From Victivallales bacterium (GTDB lineage Bacteria > Verrucomicrobiota > Lentisphaeria > Victivallales > GWF2-38-69): a stretch of DNA of 64,000 nt. This document shows positions 63,748 to 64,000 of the stretch, one piece after another. Numbering within the stretch: position 1 is the stretch's first letter; the number at the start of each line of letters is the position of its first letter. Position numbers and translations under genes: made by a program. The notes beneath the pieces were generated by a model. The model made no database searches. It worked only from the letters and a program-made list of their open reading frames with translations, and was not told the origin of the DNA. The stretch lies in NCBI GenBank assembly GCA_965228125.1, contig OZ245791.1, positions 117,538-181,537 of the forward strand, in the 5' to 3' direction.

Positions 63748-63789
63748 TCGTGACTCGGGGTTCGTGGTTCGTGGTTCGGGGTTCGTGGA
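63748..63789. repeat. G/T-rich heptamer-type leader element 4 (upstream of the gpR-like ATG)
   Basis: Plus strand tcGTGACTCGgggttcgtggttcgtggttcggggttcgtgg. mRNA sense CCACGAACCCCGAACCACGAACCACGAACCCCGAGTCACGAAT-ATG. Confidence 0.85.
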
Positions 63790-63792
63790 GAT

Positions 63793-63821
63793 TATATAAT
63801 GCTGAAAGATTAAGCTAAAAA
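63793..63821 (-). promoter_or_regulatory. prophage promoter-like motif, copy 1
   Basis: Reverse strand reads TTTTTAGCTTAATCTTTCAGCATTATATA(AT). It lies directly after the terminator at 63831-63856. Confidence 0.5.
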
Positions 63822-63830
63822 CCACGAAAC

Positions 63831-63856
63831 AAAAAAGCCCCGGATTTCTCCGGGGC
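63831..63856 (-). terminator. intrinsic terminator
   Basis: Reverse strand reads GCCCCGG-agaaat-CCGGGGC followed by TTTTTT. Confidence 0.8.
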
Positions 63857-63866
63857 GGCATAACTG

Positions 63867-64000
63867 CTAAATTTCTATAGTTTCTCCTCCGATCCATTTG
63901 TCGAATTTACGGCCTATTTCGTTTTCAATATTACTTGAATGCCTGGAATACGCTTGACACAGTGTATACTGGAGCTGGGACATGCACGAGTTTACGAAAG
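63867..64000 (-). CDS. C-terminal end of a prophage gene entering from the right edge
   Basis: One reverse frame is open from the window edge to TAG at 63869-63867 (...RKFDKWIGGETIEI*). Followed by the terminator. Confidence 0.35.
   Translation of the reverse strand, partial: FVNSCMSQLQYTLCQAYSRHSSNIENEIGRKFDKWIGGETIEI

Overview
AT-rich bacterial chromosome segment; the MacA-type periplasmic adaptor and lipoprotein signals point to a diderm host, but I cannot name the taxon. All calls come from reading motifs in the supplied translations and DNA, with no searches run.

Layout from left to right:
- Partial methyltransferase, an exported TenA-like protein, and an IS5-family transposase remnant with two interleaved pairs of direct repeats.
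- A minus-strand operon encoding an exported protein, a MacAB-like exporter, a histidine kinase and a sigma-54 activator. It sits behind a good sigma-54 promoter.
- A complete type I-C CRISPR-Cas locus (cas3-cas5-cas8c-cas7-X-cas4-cas1-cas2, then 27 repeats). X is a four-helix-bundle protein of the 23S rRNA intervening-sequence family, flanked by palindromic repeats.
- A rare-sugar catabolic operon with an AraC regulator, a flavin reductase and a GH13 alpha-glucosidase.
- A HAMP-PP2C phosphatase with a STAS partner, and an HTH-PAS regulator.
- A type I pullulanase pseudogene, an orphan hypF, a small cluster ending in a Cas4-like nuclease, hisG, and a B12/radical-SAM gene.
- tRNA-Arg(TCT) followed by an integrase and at least 21 kb of a contractile-tail (P2/Mu-like) prophage that runs off the right edge.

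Most unusual observations:
- The four-helix-bundle cassette inside the cas operon.
- In the prophage, a four-copy late-promoter-like motif.
- Heptamer-repeat, Shine-Dalgarno-less leaders in front of four prophage genes.
- A repeated stop-codon junction motif.
- A portal gene embedded among baseplate and fibre genes.
- A patatin phospholipase within an accessory block that interrupts the tail module.
- An opposite-strand promoter, structured leader, terminator and 59-aa HTH cassette.
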